Of a stretch of DNA of 64,000 nucleotides, positions 11,652 to 23,702 are shown one piece after another. Each line of letters begins with the position of its first letter. The stretch's first letter is position 1. The notes beneath the pieces were generated by a model, which saw nothing but the letters and a program-made list of their open reading frames with translations, did no database searches and was not told the DNA's origin. Source of the DNA: Octopus vulgaris (lineage: Eukaryota); assembly GCA_951406725.2 (NCBI GenBank), contig OX597815.1:187984001-188048000 (forward strand), written 5' to 3'. A program made the translations under genes and the position numbers.

Positions 11652-14224
11652 TATACAGTGTATACGTTCTATCCTGTATCAAATAAGCTTCTCAAGAACA
11701 ATAGTAAAATGTATTTTCAATTATAGGCTGGCAATGTATGATATCGATTACAACAAAACGGAGAATCAAGTGAATTGCTTGTTTTGTATTCCATTTTACA
11801 TTTGAAGCCTTCATGAACTAGAAGCTAGTTTCATCCACTTCTAGTCTACTACAACTACTACTACATATATATGTATATATACATATACATATATATGTAT
11901 ATATATACACACAAATTCATACATATATATATATATATATATAGATTCAGTAGGGTATATAATACCACTTACTAAACTAAAGTAAGAGCCAACGCCAGCC
12001 ACTTTATTATTACCTTATTAATACTATTGATAATGGCAATAATACTTCTTATATATATATATATGTAACAAGATGAAGGTCTGAGGAACACTTGAGGGGT
12101 GTCTGTCTTATCTTGTCACATACAATTGTCGAAGGGAGAACCAAAATCCGACTGTCTTCAATAGCAATAAATAATACTTTAATTTTTGGGTTTTGCAAAT
12201 AAAAATATATACACATATATTTTCCTTAAGGGCGAACCGGTAGCCAAGTTCACAAGACTGTTCACAAATGTTCATTTGTGTGAGCCAAAAACTACTGTCT
12301 CCGTTCCTGCGTAGAAGAGAGCTTCTTTATATGTAGGGTTTTTCCCTGAGAGAATGTTGGTCATGTCCACTTGGTAGGGTTGCTGACTCAAAAAACAGAT
12401 TTAGCAGGAACGCTTTCAGTTCGCAGTTCTCTGCGCATGCACGCTGAAAACTTCCAAAAATATAGATACATTGATAACTCTTAGTCTTACTAACTGAGGT
12501 GGTCTAATAAGACTATAACATAGCTGACACTTTCACTGTTTGGCTTTAAGACCAGATTCACTTTTATACAACATTTTTATATTTTCTGTCAACTGATTTC
12601 ATTGGATTCATCTTCCTTGTTTGTTGTTTTCAGATTTTTAATACCTCTGGAAGGAATTCTTCTCTAGTAATTACACAAACAATCTCAGTGAATCAAAATC
12701 ATTTTACTTCCTACCTTACATATGTGAGACTCTACAGTATTAATATTATTTTTGAGACTGAGTCAGTGGTTAAGGGACATTTACTTTTTTATAATGTAAC
12801 TTAGTAGGTCAGTAACAAGTTTTTATGAATGTTTTGAATAGTTAAAGGGATTTGTTACCCCCAACACATTGCTCACTCCTAAGCAAATAAACAGAATTAA
12901 AACACAGCTATCAACTAGTTCTTGAGTTACACTGATGCTTCACTGCCACTTAGCTAATCTCAATTTTTCTACCGCTTTGCTAAATTTTATTAGTGTTCAT
13001 GTAATAGCATGTTGATACTGGGGAAAATATTTCAATAAAATTTTATAGCATATCTAGCATAAGATTCATGTAATTCATTATATTAGCTGGGATAAAAAAA
13101 AACAGAAAAGAAATAAAAAGACTAAGATCTTGTTTTTGTTATATATTTTTATCTAGATATTTATTAGCTTGGCAATGTATATGGCTCTCTGAAAAGACAG
13201 TAAAAATAGTGAATGGGAAATTAATAAAAGAACAATCATCTTTCAAAATTTCACTCATTATTTAATACAACCATATAACATTGGCTAAGAAGTATTGCTT
13301 CCTTTTCAAATTGCACAGTAATTCTGTCATCTTTGCTTTATTAAAAGAAATTATTATGGAATGACGTATCATCAATTATTAAAATACAGTTTTCAAAAAA
13401 TAACTATTCTGTACAAAAATCAATTTCAGAAAGCATTCTAAAAATAAAGAATTAAAAATTAATAATTTCATGTTGATAGCAATCTTAAAATTTCAAATAA
13501 TTCATGAAGAAATGTAATTACATGATAAAAAAAACACACACACACACACATAAAAAAAAGAAAAACTTTTCATAAAGCTGTTTTCCTTCCAAAGTACAAT
13601 TTTATTATTAGGTTTACTAAAATGTTTGGAAGAATAATCTGTCTAAAATATATACTTAATCACATTCAATAAAGAAATGCTTGAGTGATTTAAATCCACA
13701 TATTTCAGCGTGGTTTTTATTTTCTTTCAATGCAAGTGAATATGATAATATAATTACTGACAATAAAATGTAATACTCAACTAGAGAAATATTAGTGCAG
13801 TATAATGCTATTGGTACAACATAATAATTGTCGAGAATAAACTATTTACTGCTGAAACCCACTACATTAACATTTTTTTTTTAATATTTCTGCCTGCTTC
13901 ATAGGCAGCAAGTTAGCATCTCACTACATTGTGTATATACTTAGTGACCCAGGAGTAGGTATAATGTCAGTGAGAAATGTGTATTTCACCACACATATAA
14001 TCCACTTGAGGTCAAGTATGTTCTTCAGATGCCTGCATATAATAAGATCTTTAAATGTAGACAGCAGGATTTATTTTTACTGTCATAATCACAAGACAAC
14101 ATACGTTTTAAAAATAGTGGAACACTGTTAATAGGATACAAATTCTCTTCTTTAAATTTCCAAGTTTCTACTTCAAATATGTGTATGGGTGCATGAATGT
14201 CTGTGTATGTAGTTTGATATGTAT

Positions 14225-14269
<45 letters not shown>

Positions 14270-14284
14270 ACACACACATCTATA

Positions 14285-14436
14285 GTCTGTGTGGTAAGAA
14301 GCTTACTTGCAAACCACATGGTTCTGGGTTCAGTCCCACTGTATGGCACCTTGGCCAAGTGTTTTCTAATATAGCCTCTGGCCAATCAAAGCCTTGTGAG
14401 TGGATTTGATAGACGGAAACTGAAAGAAGCCTGTCG

Positions 14437-14490
<54 letters not shown>

Positions 14491-14686
14491 TGTATGTATA
14501 TGTTTGTGAGTCTGTGTTTGTCCCCCAACATTGTTTACGTTCCTGTAAATTAGTGGTTCAGCAAAAGAGACTGATAGAATAAGTGCTAAGCTTACAAAGA
14601 ATAAGCCCTGGGGTTGATTTGCTCAACTAAAGGTGATGTTCCAGCATGGCTGCAGTCAAATGACTGAAACAAGTAAAAGAATAAAA
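14285..14686 (+). mobile_element. SINE family A
   Basis: Head, internal (TA)n and AAGTAAAAGA tail match family A. Confidence 0.9.
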
Positions 14687-14755
14687 TAATATACATATAT
14701 ATATATGTATGTGTGTATGTATAGTAGAATAATAAAAAGAAAGTTCTTGGTACAG

Positions 14756-14799
<44 letters not shown>

Positions 14800-14883
14800 T
14801 ATATATACACACATACATATATATATACACATATATATATATGTGGTGCACCTGAGCACTGTATACAATAATTTCATTATTAT

Positions 14884-14926
<43 letters not shown>

Positions 14927-15664
14927 ATTTATACATACCCATACAAATATATAAGCATGCATATAAATACATACATGCATATATATAAAAGCGTGTGTGT
15001 ATGTGTGTGTGCATGCGTAAACGTATTCAAATATGTCACACGTGTGTGCCGAAGAGAGAAAGCTTAGAATATTATAAACAGTTTATATATTATAAACAAT
15101 TTACGCCCCTCAGTTATTAACCTCCTCTGCCCTTTTTATATATGCCTATATGTGTGCATGCATATATATATATGTATAATGACACTATAAATATACAGTG
15201 TGAAATGTGTGTGTGTTTGTGGGGGGGGGGGATATGACTGGCAGGCAGGCAGGCAGGCAAGTAGGCAGGCAAATGAGCCTTGACATTGTGAAAGGCTTGT
15301 TGGTACTTGTTTGAAGTCATCATCAAGGCTGTTTATAGTCCCTCCTTCCTGATAACAGCAGTACAATAGACTACTTCAAGGCATCAAAGAAGCTTTTCTT
15401 AACCTCTTGAGCAAGTTGATTCGACAATTAAAGGATTGGGAATTCATCTGATTCTACTCTGTATTTAATTAATTTATAGGCTCAATAGTCTGTTATTGTC
15501 ACTTTTCTTGTTAAAAGGTGTGGCTGTATGGTAAGGAGATTGTTTTCCGACCTCATGAGTCCGGGGTCCCTTGGGTGAGTATCTTCTACTGTAACCTTGG
15601 GCTGACCAAAGGCTTGTCAGTGGATTTGGTTGACAGAAACTGAAAGGAATTCGCAGTATACACA

Positions 15665-15890
15665 TGAGCTGGCAGAAACGTTAGCACACCGGGCGAAATG
15701 CATAGCCGTATTTCGTCTGCTGTTACGTTCTGGGTTCAAATTCCGCCAAGGTCGACTTTGCCTTTCATCCTTTCGGAGTCAATAAATAAAGTACCAGTTT
15801 TGCACTGGGGTCGATTACATCGACTTAATCCTTTTGTCTGTCCTTGTTTGTCCCCTCTATGTTTAGCCCCTTGTGGGCAGTAAAGAAATA
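15665..15890 (+). mobile_element. SINE family B (GAGCTGGCAGAAACGTTAGCAC...GCCTTTCATCCTTTCGGGGTCGATAAA)
   Basis: Matches the TSD-bounded copies at 37373-37595 and 48979-49208. Confidence 0.85.
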
Positions 15891-15909
15891 TATACACACA
15901 CATAGTCTT

Positions 15910-16315
15910 TTGTTTGTTTCAGTAATTTGACTGGGGCCATGCTGGAGCATCGCCTTTAGTAGAACAAATCGATCCCAGGACTTTATTCTTTGTAAGCCTA
16001 GTACTTATTCTATCGGTCTCTTTTGCTGAACTGCTAAGTTACCAGGACATAAGCACACCAACATCGGTTGTCATGTGATGGTGGTGGTGGGGGGACAAAA
16101 CAGACACACAAACATATGCATATATATACACACAAGCTTCTTTCAGTTTCCGTCTACCAAATCTGCTCACAAGGCTTTCATCGGCCTATGGCTCTAGCAG
16201 AAGGCACTTGCCCAAGGTGCCATGCAGTTCCAAGATATCATGTAGTTCCAGGTTCAGGGACTGAACCTGGAACTATGTGGTTGGTAAGCAAGCTACTTAC
16301 CACACAGCCACTCCT
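15910..16315 (-). mobile_element. SINE family A
   Basis: Similarity to family A. Confidence 0.88.
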
Positions 16316-16653
16316 GTATAATAAGAATAAAACCATTCATGATTTTATCAGGGGGTCAGCACGAAAATCCTTAATATAGAATTATTAATATAATATATAT
16401 AGATGTGTGTGTGTATATTTATATATACATACACTGGCATTAGGTAGGGCATCCAGCTGTAGAAACTCTGCCAGATCAAGATTGGAGCCTGGTGCAGCCA
16501 TCTGGCTCGCCAGCCCTCAGTCAAAATCGTCCAACCCATGCTAGCATGGAAAGCGGACGTTAAACGATGATGATGATATATTATTTATCTCTCACCAGAT
16601 GGAGTACTTTTTTGTTGATCATACCACCATGGAACATTGCACTATTTCTATCT

Positions 16654-16708
<55 letters not shown>

Positions 16709-16995
16709 TTCACATATATATGAGTGTGTGTGTGTATGTATGTGTGTGAGTGGGTGTATTTGTGTCTGTGTTTGTCACCCATCACTACTTGAAACCAGTG
16801 GTGTGTTTATTTTCCCATGACTTAGCAGTTCGGTAAAAGAGACAGAAAGACCAAGTACCAGGCTTTAAAAATAGGCACTGGGGTTGATTCGTTTGACTAA
16901 AACTCTCAAGGCAATGCCCCAGCATGGCCACAGTCTAATGATTGAAACAAGTAAAAGAAAGATGTCTACGTCAACGAAAAACTAATTTTTGATAT

Positions 16996-17476
16996 GAGCG
17001 GCTAACTTGCTTTCGTGATGGTGGCACATAAAAGGCACCATTTGAGCGTGATCATTACCAGCATCACCTTACTGGCACTTGTGCCTCATGCAAGTGGGGC
17101 GCCAAGAGCACCATCCGACTGTGATCATTGCCAGAGCGACTAACTGGCTTCCGTGTCGGTGGCATGTAAAAGGCACCATTCGAGCATGATCGTTACCAGC
17201 GTCGCATTACTGGCACTTGTGCCAGTGGCCCGTGAATAAAACATTTGAGCGAGGTTGCTGCCAGTACCGCCTAACTGGCCCCCATGCCAGTGGGACATAA
17301 AAGCATCTACTACACTCTGGGAGTGGTTGGCATTAGGAAGGGCATCCAGCTGTAGAAACTCTGCCAGATCAAGATTGGAGCCTGGTGCAGCCATCTGGTT
17401 TGCCAGTCCTCAGTCAAATCGTCCAACCCACGCTAGCATGAAAAGCGGACATTAAACAATGATAACGATGATGATG
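16996..17476 (+). mobile_element. RTE LINE 3' UTR fragment
   Basis: Stem-loop repeats plus conserved 3' end and (GAT)n; a shorter copy lies at about 16435-16578. Confidence 0.85.
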
Positions 17477-17963
17477 TATAAAATGGGTGAGAAAACTATG
17501 AAGGATGGTGATTGTGTCTGAAAATGAATAAGACTTAATTAGTTTGAAATCACAGATCTTTCTTATGTCAGATCTACATGTACCTTAGAGGATTATTTTA
17601 AAGAGCATCTTACATAGATTTAATTAATTCATTTGATTTGCGCTAATTTATCTCATCTAAATTTAATATTCTTTTACTGGCTTTTAGCCAGTGAGTTCTG
17701 CTCATTTGGAAGCACCATATTCTATTTTGTGTGTTTTTCTTTACCATACGGCATGATTGAATAAATAGATTTTTTATTTTGCCAAGTGTTGAGTGTTGGG
17801 TCTCATGGAGGCAATGACCAAAACCTTTGGGATTATGCTGTGCTTGAGAAGAAGACCCATCAAGCTGAGCAAAATCACAGTTGTGGCAGATATTGGTGTC
17901 ATGCAAATTGGAACCCCCATGCTGGTGGCACGTAAACGCACCCTGGTGTCATGCAAAAGCACC

Positions 17964-18149
17964 TTAGTTAGTTAGTTAATTTTTGGCTCAAAAAGCAAAA
18001 AGCAAGGCCATGTAGGGGGACATGGAGTTATGTACAGGGTGGTGTTCATGTAAAGAGTTCAGGCCATTTGTGGTCAAGGGAGACTTTGAACCGAGCGGTC
18101 GTCGGCATCTTCACCATCTCGTCCGGCAGCTTATTCCACGGATCCGCAA
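17964..18149 (-). mobile_element. CR1-like LINE 3' end nested in an RTE tail
   Basis: Minus strand translates ADPWNKLPDEMVKMPTTARFKVSLDHKWPELFT*, followed by a short UTR and (TAAC)n tail; the WN.LP...FK..LD pattern is typical of CR1-group ORF2 ends. Confidence 0.75.
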
Positions 18150-18480
18150 GTTACCCTCTTGGAGTGGTTGGCATTAGGAAGGGCATCCAGCCATTGAAAA
18201 CCATGCCAAGTCAGACTGGAGTCTGCTGCAGCCTTCCAGCTTACCAGCCCTGGTGAAACCATCCAACCCATGCCAGCATGAACAATAGATGTTAAATGAT
18301 GATGATGATGATGATGACTGTATGTTACAACAAATGTAAACGATAGCAAGTTTGGGAATGTGGTAAGAAGTTTGCTTCTCAACCACATGGTTCTAGGTTC
18401 AGTCCCACTCATGGCACCTTCTACTTTAACCTCAGCTAACCAAAGCATTGTGAGTGGATTTGGTAGACAGAAACTATATG

Positions 18481-18602
18481 CATTATTTACAATGGACGGA
18501 TAGGTGTGTTCACCTTGTTTCTTGTTATCACACTTTTCGGCTGATGTACTCTTCAGCCTTTATCAGGTGTTCTGGTGGAATTTTGAACCCAACCCTTCAT
18601 TT
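18481..18602 (-). mobile_element. Penelope-like terminal repeat fragment with a degenerate hammerhead motif
   Basis: Minus strand reads ACAC-CTGATAA-AGGCTG...CAGCC-GAAA-AGTGTG; homologous to 19560-19682. Confidence 0.6.
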
Positions 18603-18703
18603 GACTAATGAAGTAGTACTCATCCAAAAAAGTCACCTGAAATCATTTATTACCCTAATGGTACAAAGAAGGAATATTTGGTTTCAATTTTTCACGTTGT
18701 ATA

Positions 18704-18966
18704 CAGGGTGTCCATAAATTATCTTTACAACTTGAAAGACAAAAAAAGAGATATTCAGAAAAAAAGATAAGAATAACTCTGCAGAGTTTATTAGAAAACA
18801 TTGGAAAACAAATAAAGTTTTATTAGAAACACAAGAACACTTCTACATTGGTTCCATTAGCTGCATGCAACCTGCTGAGTTATCCTTATTTCTTCTTTCC
18901 GATATATATATATATATATATTTTCTTTTTTTTTTGAAATTGTAAAGATAATTTACAGACACCCTG
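18704..18966. mobile_element. Tc1/mariner-type MITE
   Basis: TA|CAGGGTGTCCATAAATTATCTTTACAA ... TTGTAAAGATAATTTACAGACACCCTG|TA. Confidence 0.85.
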
Positions 18967-19361
18967 TATGCTCTGATACACTTAATCTATATTAATTTCA
19001 AATTATATTTCAAGTGGTATTTTCTGTATTTGAGTAGCTAGCTCCATTATATTTCAAGGAAAATAAACTACTACTTATACAATTAGTAGTGTGTCTTCAT
19101 TTCTCTGTTTGTTTTTTCCTCTACTTGATATGCATATGGAAAACAGTTAGCTGCTATGATACTTTCACTATCACTGTATTTCGTGGAACACTTGTACTGA
19201 TGATTCAGTCATCTGAATACCAAATAGAAATGTATATAGGTTTCTCTTACACGAATAAATAGTATATTTTAGTATCTTGTCTCTTTTACTTGCTTCAGTC
19301 ATTGGACTGCGGCCATGCTGGGGCACTGCCTTGAAAAGTTTTATTTGAATGAATTGCCCCC

Positions 19362-19465
19362 ACATTATTTACATTTGATGGATATTTGTTTCATGGGCAT
19401 ATGGTGTAGTGGTTAAGAGCGCAGGCTACTAACCCCAAGATTCCGACTTCGATTCCAGGCAGTGA

Positions 19466-19501
<36 letters not shown>

Positions 19502-19712
19502 TAATAATAATAATAATAATAATCATAATAATAATAACAACAACATAGAAAAATACCTTAGGAATGAGAACCCAGGTTCGAAATTTCTCCAAGACACCTG
19601 ATGAAGGCTGGTGGGTATATCAGCTGAAATGTGTTAACAACAAACAAGATGAGGACAAACATCTATCAAATGTAAATAATGTACATAATTCCTCATCTCT
19701 TAAGTATAGAAC
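19362..19712 (+). mobile_element. tRNA-headed short element with (AAT)n linker, hammerhead motif and Penelope-like inverted end
   Basis: Inverted arm 19362-19394 vs 19649-19682; A box TGGTGTAGTGG, B-box-like ACTTCGATTCC; CTGATGA at 19598-19604 and GAAA at 19626-19629; inserted in a family A SINE. Confidence 0.7.
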
Positions 19713-19869
19713 TGAATTCAACCCAGTTCTAATTTTTATTTTAAGCCTGGTACTTATGCTATCGATCTCTTTTGCTGAACCACTAAGTTATGGGGACATA
19801 AACACACCAATACCAGTTGTCAAGCAGTGGTAGGTGACAAACACAGACACACACATATATATATGTGCA

Positions 19870-20410
19870 TGTATGTGTGTGTATATATGTCTTTGTATCT
19901 ATTCCCCATCACTGCTTGACAGTCGGTGTTGTGTTTATGTCTCTGTAACTTAGCAGTTCAGCAAAAGACTGATAGAATAAATAGCCTTGTGAGTGGATTT
20001 GGTAGATGAAAACTGAAAGAAGCCCGTTGTATATATATGTGTGTGTGCGTGTGTGTGTTTGTACCCCAACACCACTTGACAACTAATGTTGATGTGTTCA
20101 CCCCCCCCCCCGTAACTTAGCAGTTCAGCAAAAGAGATTGCTAGAATAAGTATTAGGTTTACAAAGAATAAGTCCTGGGGTCGATCTCTTCGATTAAATG
20201 TGGTGCACCAGCATGGCCGCAGACAAATGACTGAAACAAGTAAAAGTAAAACATATATAAATGAAATGCTTCTTTCAGTTTCCGTCTACCAAATCTGCTC
20301 ACAAGGCTTTAGTTGGCCCAAAGCTATAGTAGAAGACAATTGTCCAAGATGCCACACAGTGGGACTGAACCCACAACCAGATGGTTGGGAAGCAAACTTT
20401 TTACCACAAG
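19870..20410. mobile_element. Cluster of SINE family A fragments in both orientations
   Basis: Plus-strand fragments about 19870-20250, minus-strand fragment about 20265-20410. Confidence 0.8.
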
Positions 20411-20854
20411 CACACTTATATATAGTTTATCATTTTGTAAAAATGATAAAGAGGAACATATATTATATTTAATTGCTACTTTTCAGTGTAGTTTGCCACA
20501 AGTAATAAACTATAAGACTGAATATCTATCACCTACGGATTCTCCATGGACACCTACCAGTTTACAATATTTTCTAAACTTGTATGAACTGCTTATAAAA
20601 TTATAAGACTAATAATGTTCTTTCCTCTTTCTACTATATTAAATTTTTTCTTTATTAACACTGTTTTTTTCCCAGTATTTATACAAAAACTGTACTCTCT
20701 GCTTTTCTTTTCAGTATCACTTTTCCTGTTGTCTCTATACCATTTTATTACCCGTTTATTATCCTTTTAATTAAGGTGGTGATTTAATTGACTGGTTCCT
20801 CCCCAAAAATGTTGGGCTTTGAGCTTAGAGTAGAAAAAAATAAAATGGCAGCAT

Positions 20855-21283
20855 AAGGTGGCGAGCTGGAAAAAATGTTAGCACGCCAGGTGAAATGCTT
20901 AGTGGCATTTTGTCTGTCTTTACGCTCTGAGTTCAAATTCTGCTGAGGTCGACTTTGCCTTTCATCCTTTCAGAGTCAGTAAATTAAGTACCTGTTGCGT
21001 ACTGGAGTCGATCTAATCGACTGGCCCCCACCCCAAAAGTTTCGGGCCTTGTGCCTAGAGTAGAAAAGAATATTTAAGGAGGTGAGCTGGCAGAAATGTT
21101 AGCACGCTGGGCAAAATGCTTAGCAGTATCCCATCTATGTTCTGAGTTCAAATTCCGTCTTGGTTGACTTCGCCTTTCATCCTTTCATGGTCAATAAATT
21201 AAGTACCAGTTGCGTACTGGCGTTGATCTAATTGACTGGCCCCCTCCCCAAAAATTTTGGGCCTTGTGCCTAGAGTAGAAAAG
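20855..21283 (+). mobile_element. Two tandem SINE family B copies (variant tail ...GGGCCTTGTGCCTAGAGTAGAAAAG)
   Basis: Heads at about 20855 and 21077, preceded by a third tail-only piece at about 20780-20836. Confidence 0.85.
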
Positions 21284-22907
21284 ATTTATTATCCTTTTAA
21301 TTGTATTATTTCTTCCTTCTTAATCATCAATATATATTCTTTTGTTATTTGACATAACTAATTCTCTCTTTAAATTACTCTTGTGTCTAACAGTGCTTGT
21401 TTCATCTCTGTAATGTAATATAGAACACATCTATAGTTTTTTGGCCAATGCTGCGTGTTATGATAATTGTAAACAATTCGTTTGATTGTGCAGATAAATT
21501 GTTTACAATCAAAGTAACAGTGATTGCTACAAGCACCTAAAGTTATGTTCTAAAGTACATCATAATTCTCTTTGTTATTTTATATTTGTAGGTGACACCT
21601 TGATTAATTCTTAGTAGTGTGTTTGCTTTAGATTGGTAAATTCTTTAACCCATATTCTTTTGGTCAATAATGTACTCTTCTGACTTGCCTGTTTCTGTCA
21701 AACCATCTAACTCATGTCAGCATGGAAAATGGATATGAAATAGCAATGATGATGATGATGATGATATTAGTCGAATGTAGATCACCTAATTTATTACGCA
21801 TCCTCGTGTCAAGTGAATGTCTTAATAAATTCATTTCAGTCTGTCTGTTTCTCTCTCTCTCCGAATATTTTGTTTGAAACACATTATTCTAGCATTTATG
21901 CTTATAAAATATTACTTTGATCTTACTTCCTAAACTATGAATGATTCATATTAAAAACAATTTCAGTCTCTTATGCTCTTAGTAAAACATTTATGCAAGT
22001 GAAATTTTTAATCTTTGAAATGCAACAAAATTCAGTTTACATTTACAGTATACTAAAATGCTATCATAAGTTTGGATACAATTGGTTTGAGGGCCTTATT
22101 TTGTAATGAGAACTATTTCATGGCAATTTATATTATTCGCTTTTTTTTATAGTGAATATATATTTTTCAAATGTAACAGATCTATCTTCAAAAATTCAAC
22201 TTAAGACAATAAAAAAAAAAAAAAACCATTGCCTAACTTTTCCTTATTGAATTTTAAAATGATTTATCTTTAATTAGAATAGATTAAGCTGTGCAATTAT
22301 TGTTCTTTGTTTTTACATCATTAAATTGATATTTAACTTATTAAATCTATTTTAAGAAAACAAAATTTCTTAAATTTATTAAAGTTTTATATCTGAGAAT
22401 TTTTATTAAAATATTTCCCGAAAACAAACATGAGGGATTTTTGTGCTGTTTCAAATTGCATTTCTAATTTTTTTCGAAATTCATATCACAATTTCAAAAA
22501 TGTAAATTCCAACACTAAATTTTCTTCAAAACCATTCTAAGCCTTATCTGCTGTGAAAACTGTTAAACGCAAAAAAAGAAACAAACAAAAACAAAAAATA
22601 ACAATAAAAAAGAAAAATAACATTTTGGTATTTTGGCAATATACCATACAGGGTACTTTGGCAAGGTTGGTGTAAAAATATTCCCAGTGGGATGATGAGT
22701 GGGTTATTCAACTTTTGCTACTGGTATGTAACCAAGTACCAAATGTTACATCTACTTATATGCTAATGGACATGTAGAAAGTGCTGGGTCTATGTAACCT
22801 TTGTGCCAACTCAAAAACAAATGGCACTATAACTTTCATTGTAGCAGAGAGATTTAATGGTCATATCAGGAAACAGCAGGTTGAGTTCACTGATGTGCAT
22901 AGAGGCT

Positions 22908-23275
22908 ATCATCACCATCATTGTCATTTAACGTCCGTTTTTCATGCTGGCATGGGTTGGATGGTTTGACTGAGGGCTGGTAAAGTTACTACAACTGGAA
23001 GCCCTTCCTAATGCCAACCACTGAGAGTGTAGTGGGTGTTTTTTACATGCTACCTGCACAGGAGCCAGTCAGGCAGTACTGACACCAACCACACTTGAAT
23101 GGTGCTTTCTATGTTCCACCAGCACAGGAACCAGTCAGGTGGCATTGGCAATCACCATGCTTGAATGGTGCTTTTATGTACCACCAGCACAGGACCAGTC
23201 AGCCGGCACTGTCATCAACCACGCTTGAACGGTGCTTTTTATATGCCAATCAGGCAGTACTGTCATCGGCCACAA
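22908..23275 (-). mobile_element. RTE LINE 3' UTR fragment
   Basis: (CAT)n followed by the reverse-complemented conserved 3' end and stem-loop repeats. Confidence 0.8.
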
Positions 23276-23305
23276 CACTTATCTGTGTGTTTATATATAT
23301 ATATT

Positions 23306-23475
23306 TTTTTTTTCCTGTCTTCCCTTCTCTGGATCTTTCCTTCTCCTACGTTTCCGACGAAGAGCTCCACTTGAAACGTTAAACACTCCTTCTTTCCTGA
23401 GCATCCAATAATACTAAATTTGTTCCATGTCCTCGCGTTGTTGTGATTTTTTGTGCTTTCTTGTTTGGATTAACT

Positions 23476-23478
<3 letters not shown>
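23306..23478 (+). mobile_element. Short (TA)n-embedded Penelope-like element with a hammerhead motif (23350-23384)
   Basis: GTTT-CCGACGA-AGAGCTCCACTT-GAAAC-GTT-AAAC; paralogs at 61121-61340 and 8630-8728 (3' part). Confidence 0.65.
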
Positions 23479-23521
<43 letters not shown>

Positions 23522-23671
23522 TGTAAATAATAATAATGGTATTTTTGTATAAGCTTAAAGCTTATGGTGATCACAGTGCAATGACTTAGGAAAATAGTCT
23601 AATAAAGGGGCATATAAGCCCTTGACAGAAAAAGAAGGCTTTCCTTCGCACCAAAATATATATGTGTATAT

Positions 23672-23702
<31 letters not shown>

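Noticed and set aside
12064-12520. Possible solo LTR (TGT...ACA ends, minus-strand TATA-like motif)
   Set aside because: No TSD, no second copy, and no PBS or PPT; unsupported from this window alone.
19395-19469. tRNA gene (also at 4897, 28343 and 30265)
   Set aside because: A/B boxes are present but there is no complete cloverleaf or acceptor stem, and each continues into a SINE body.
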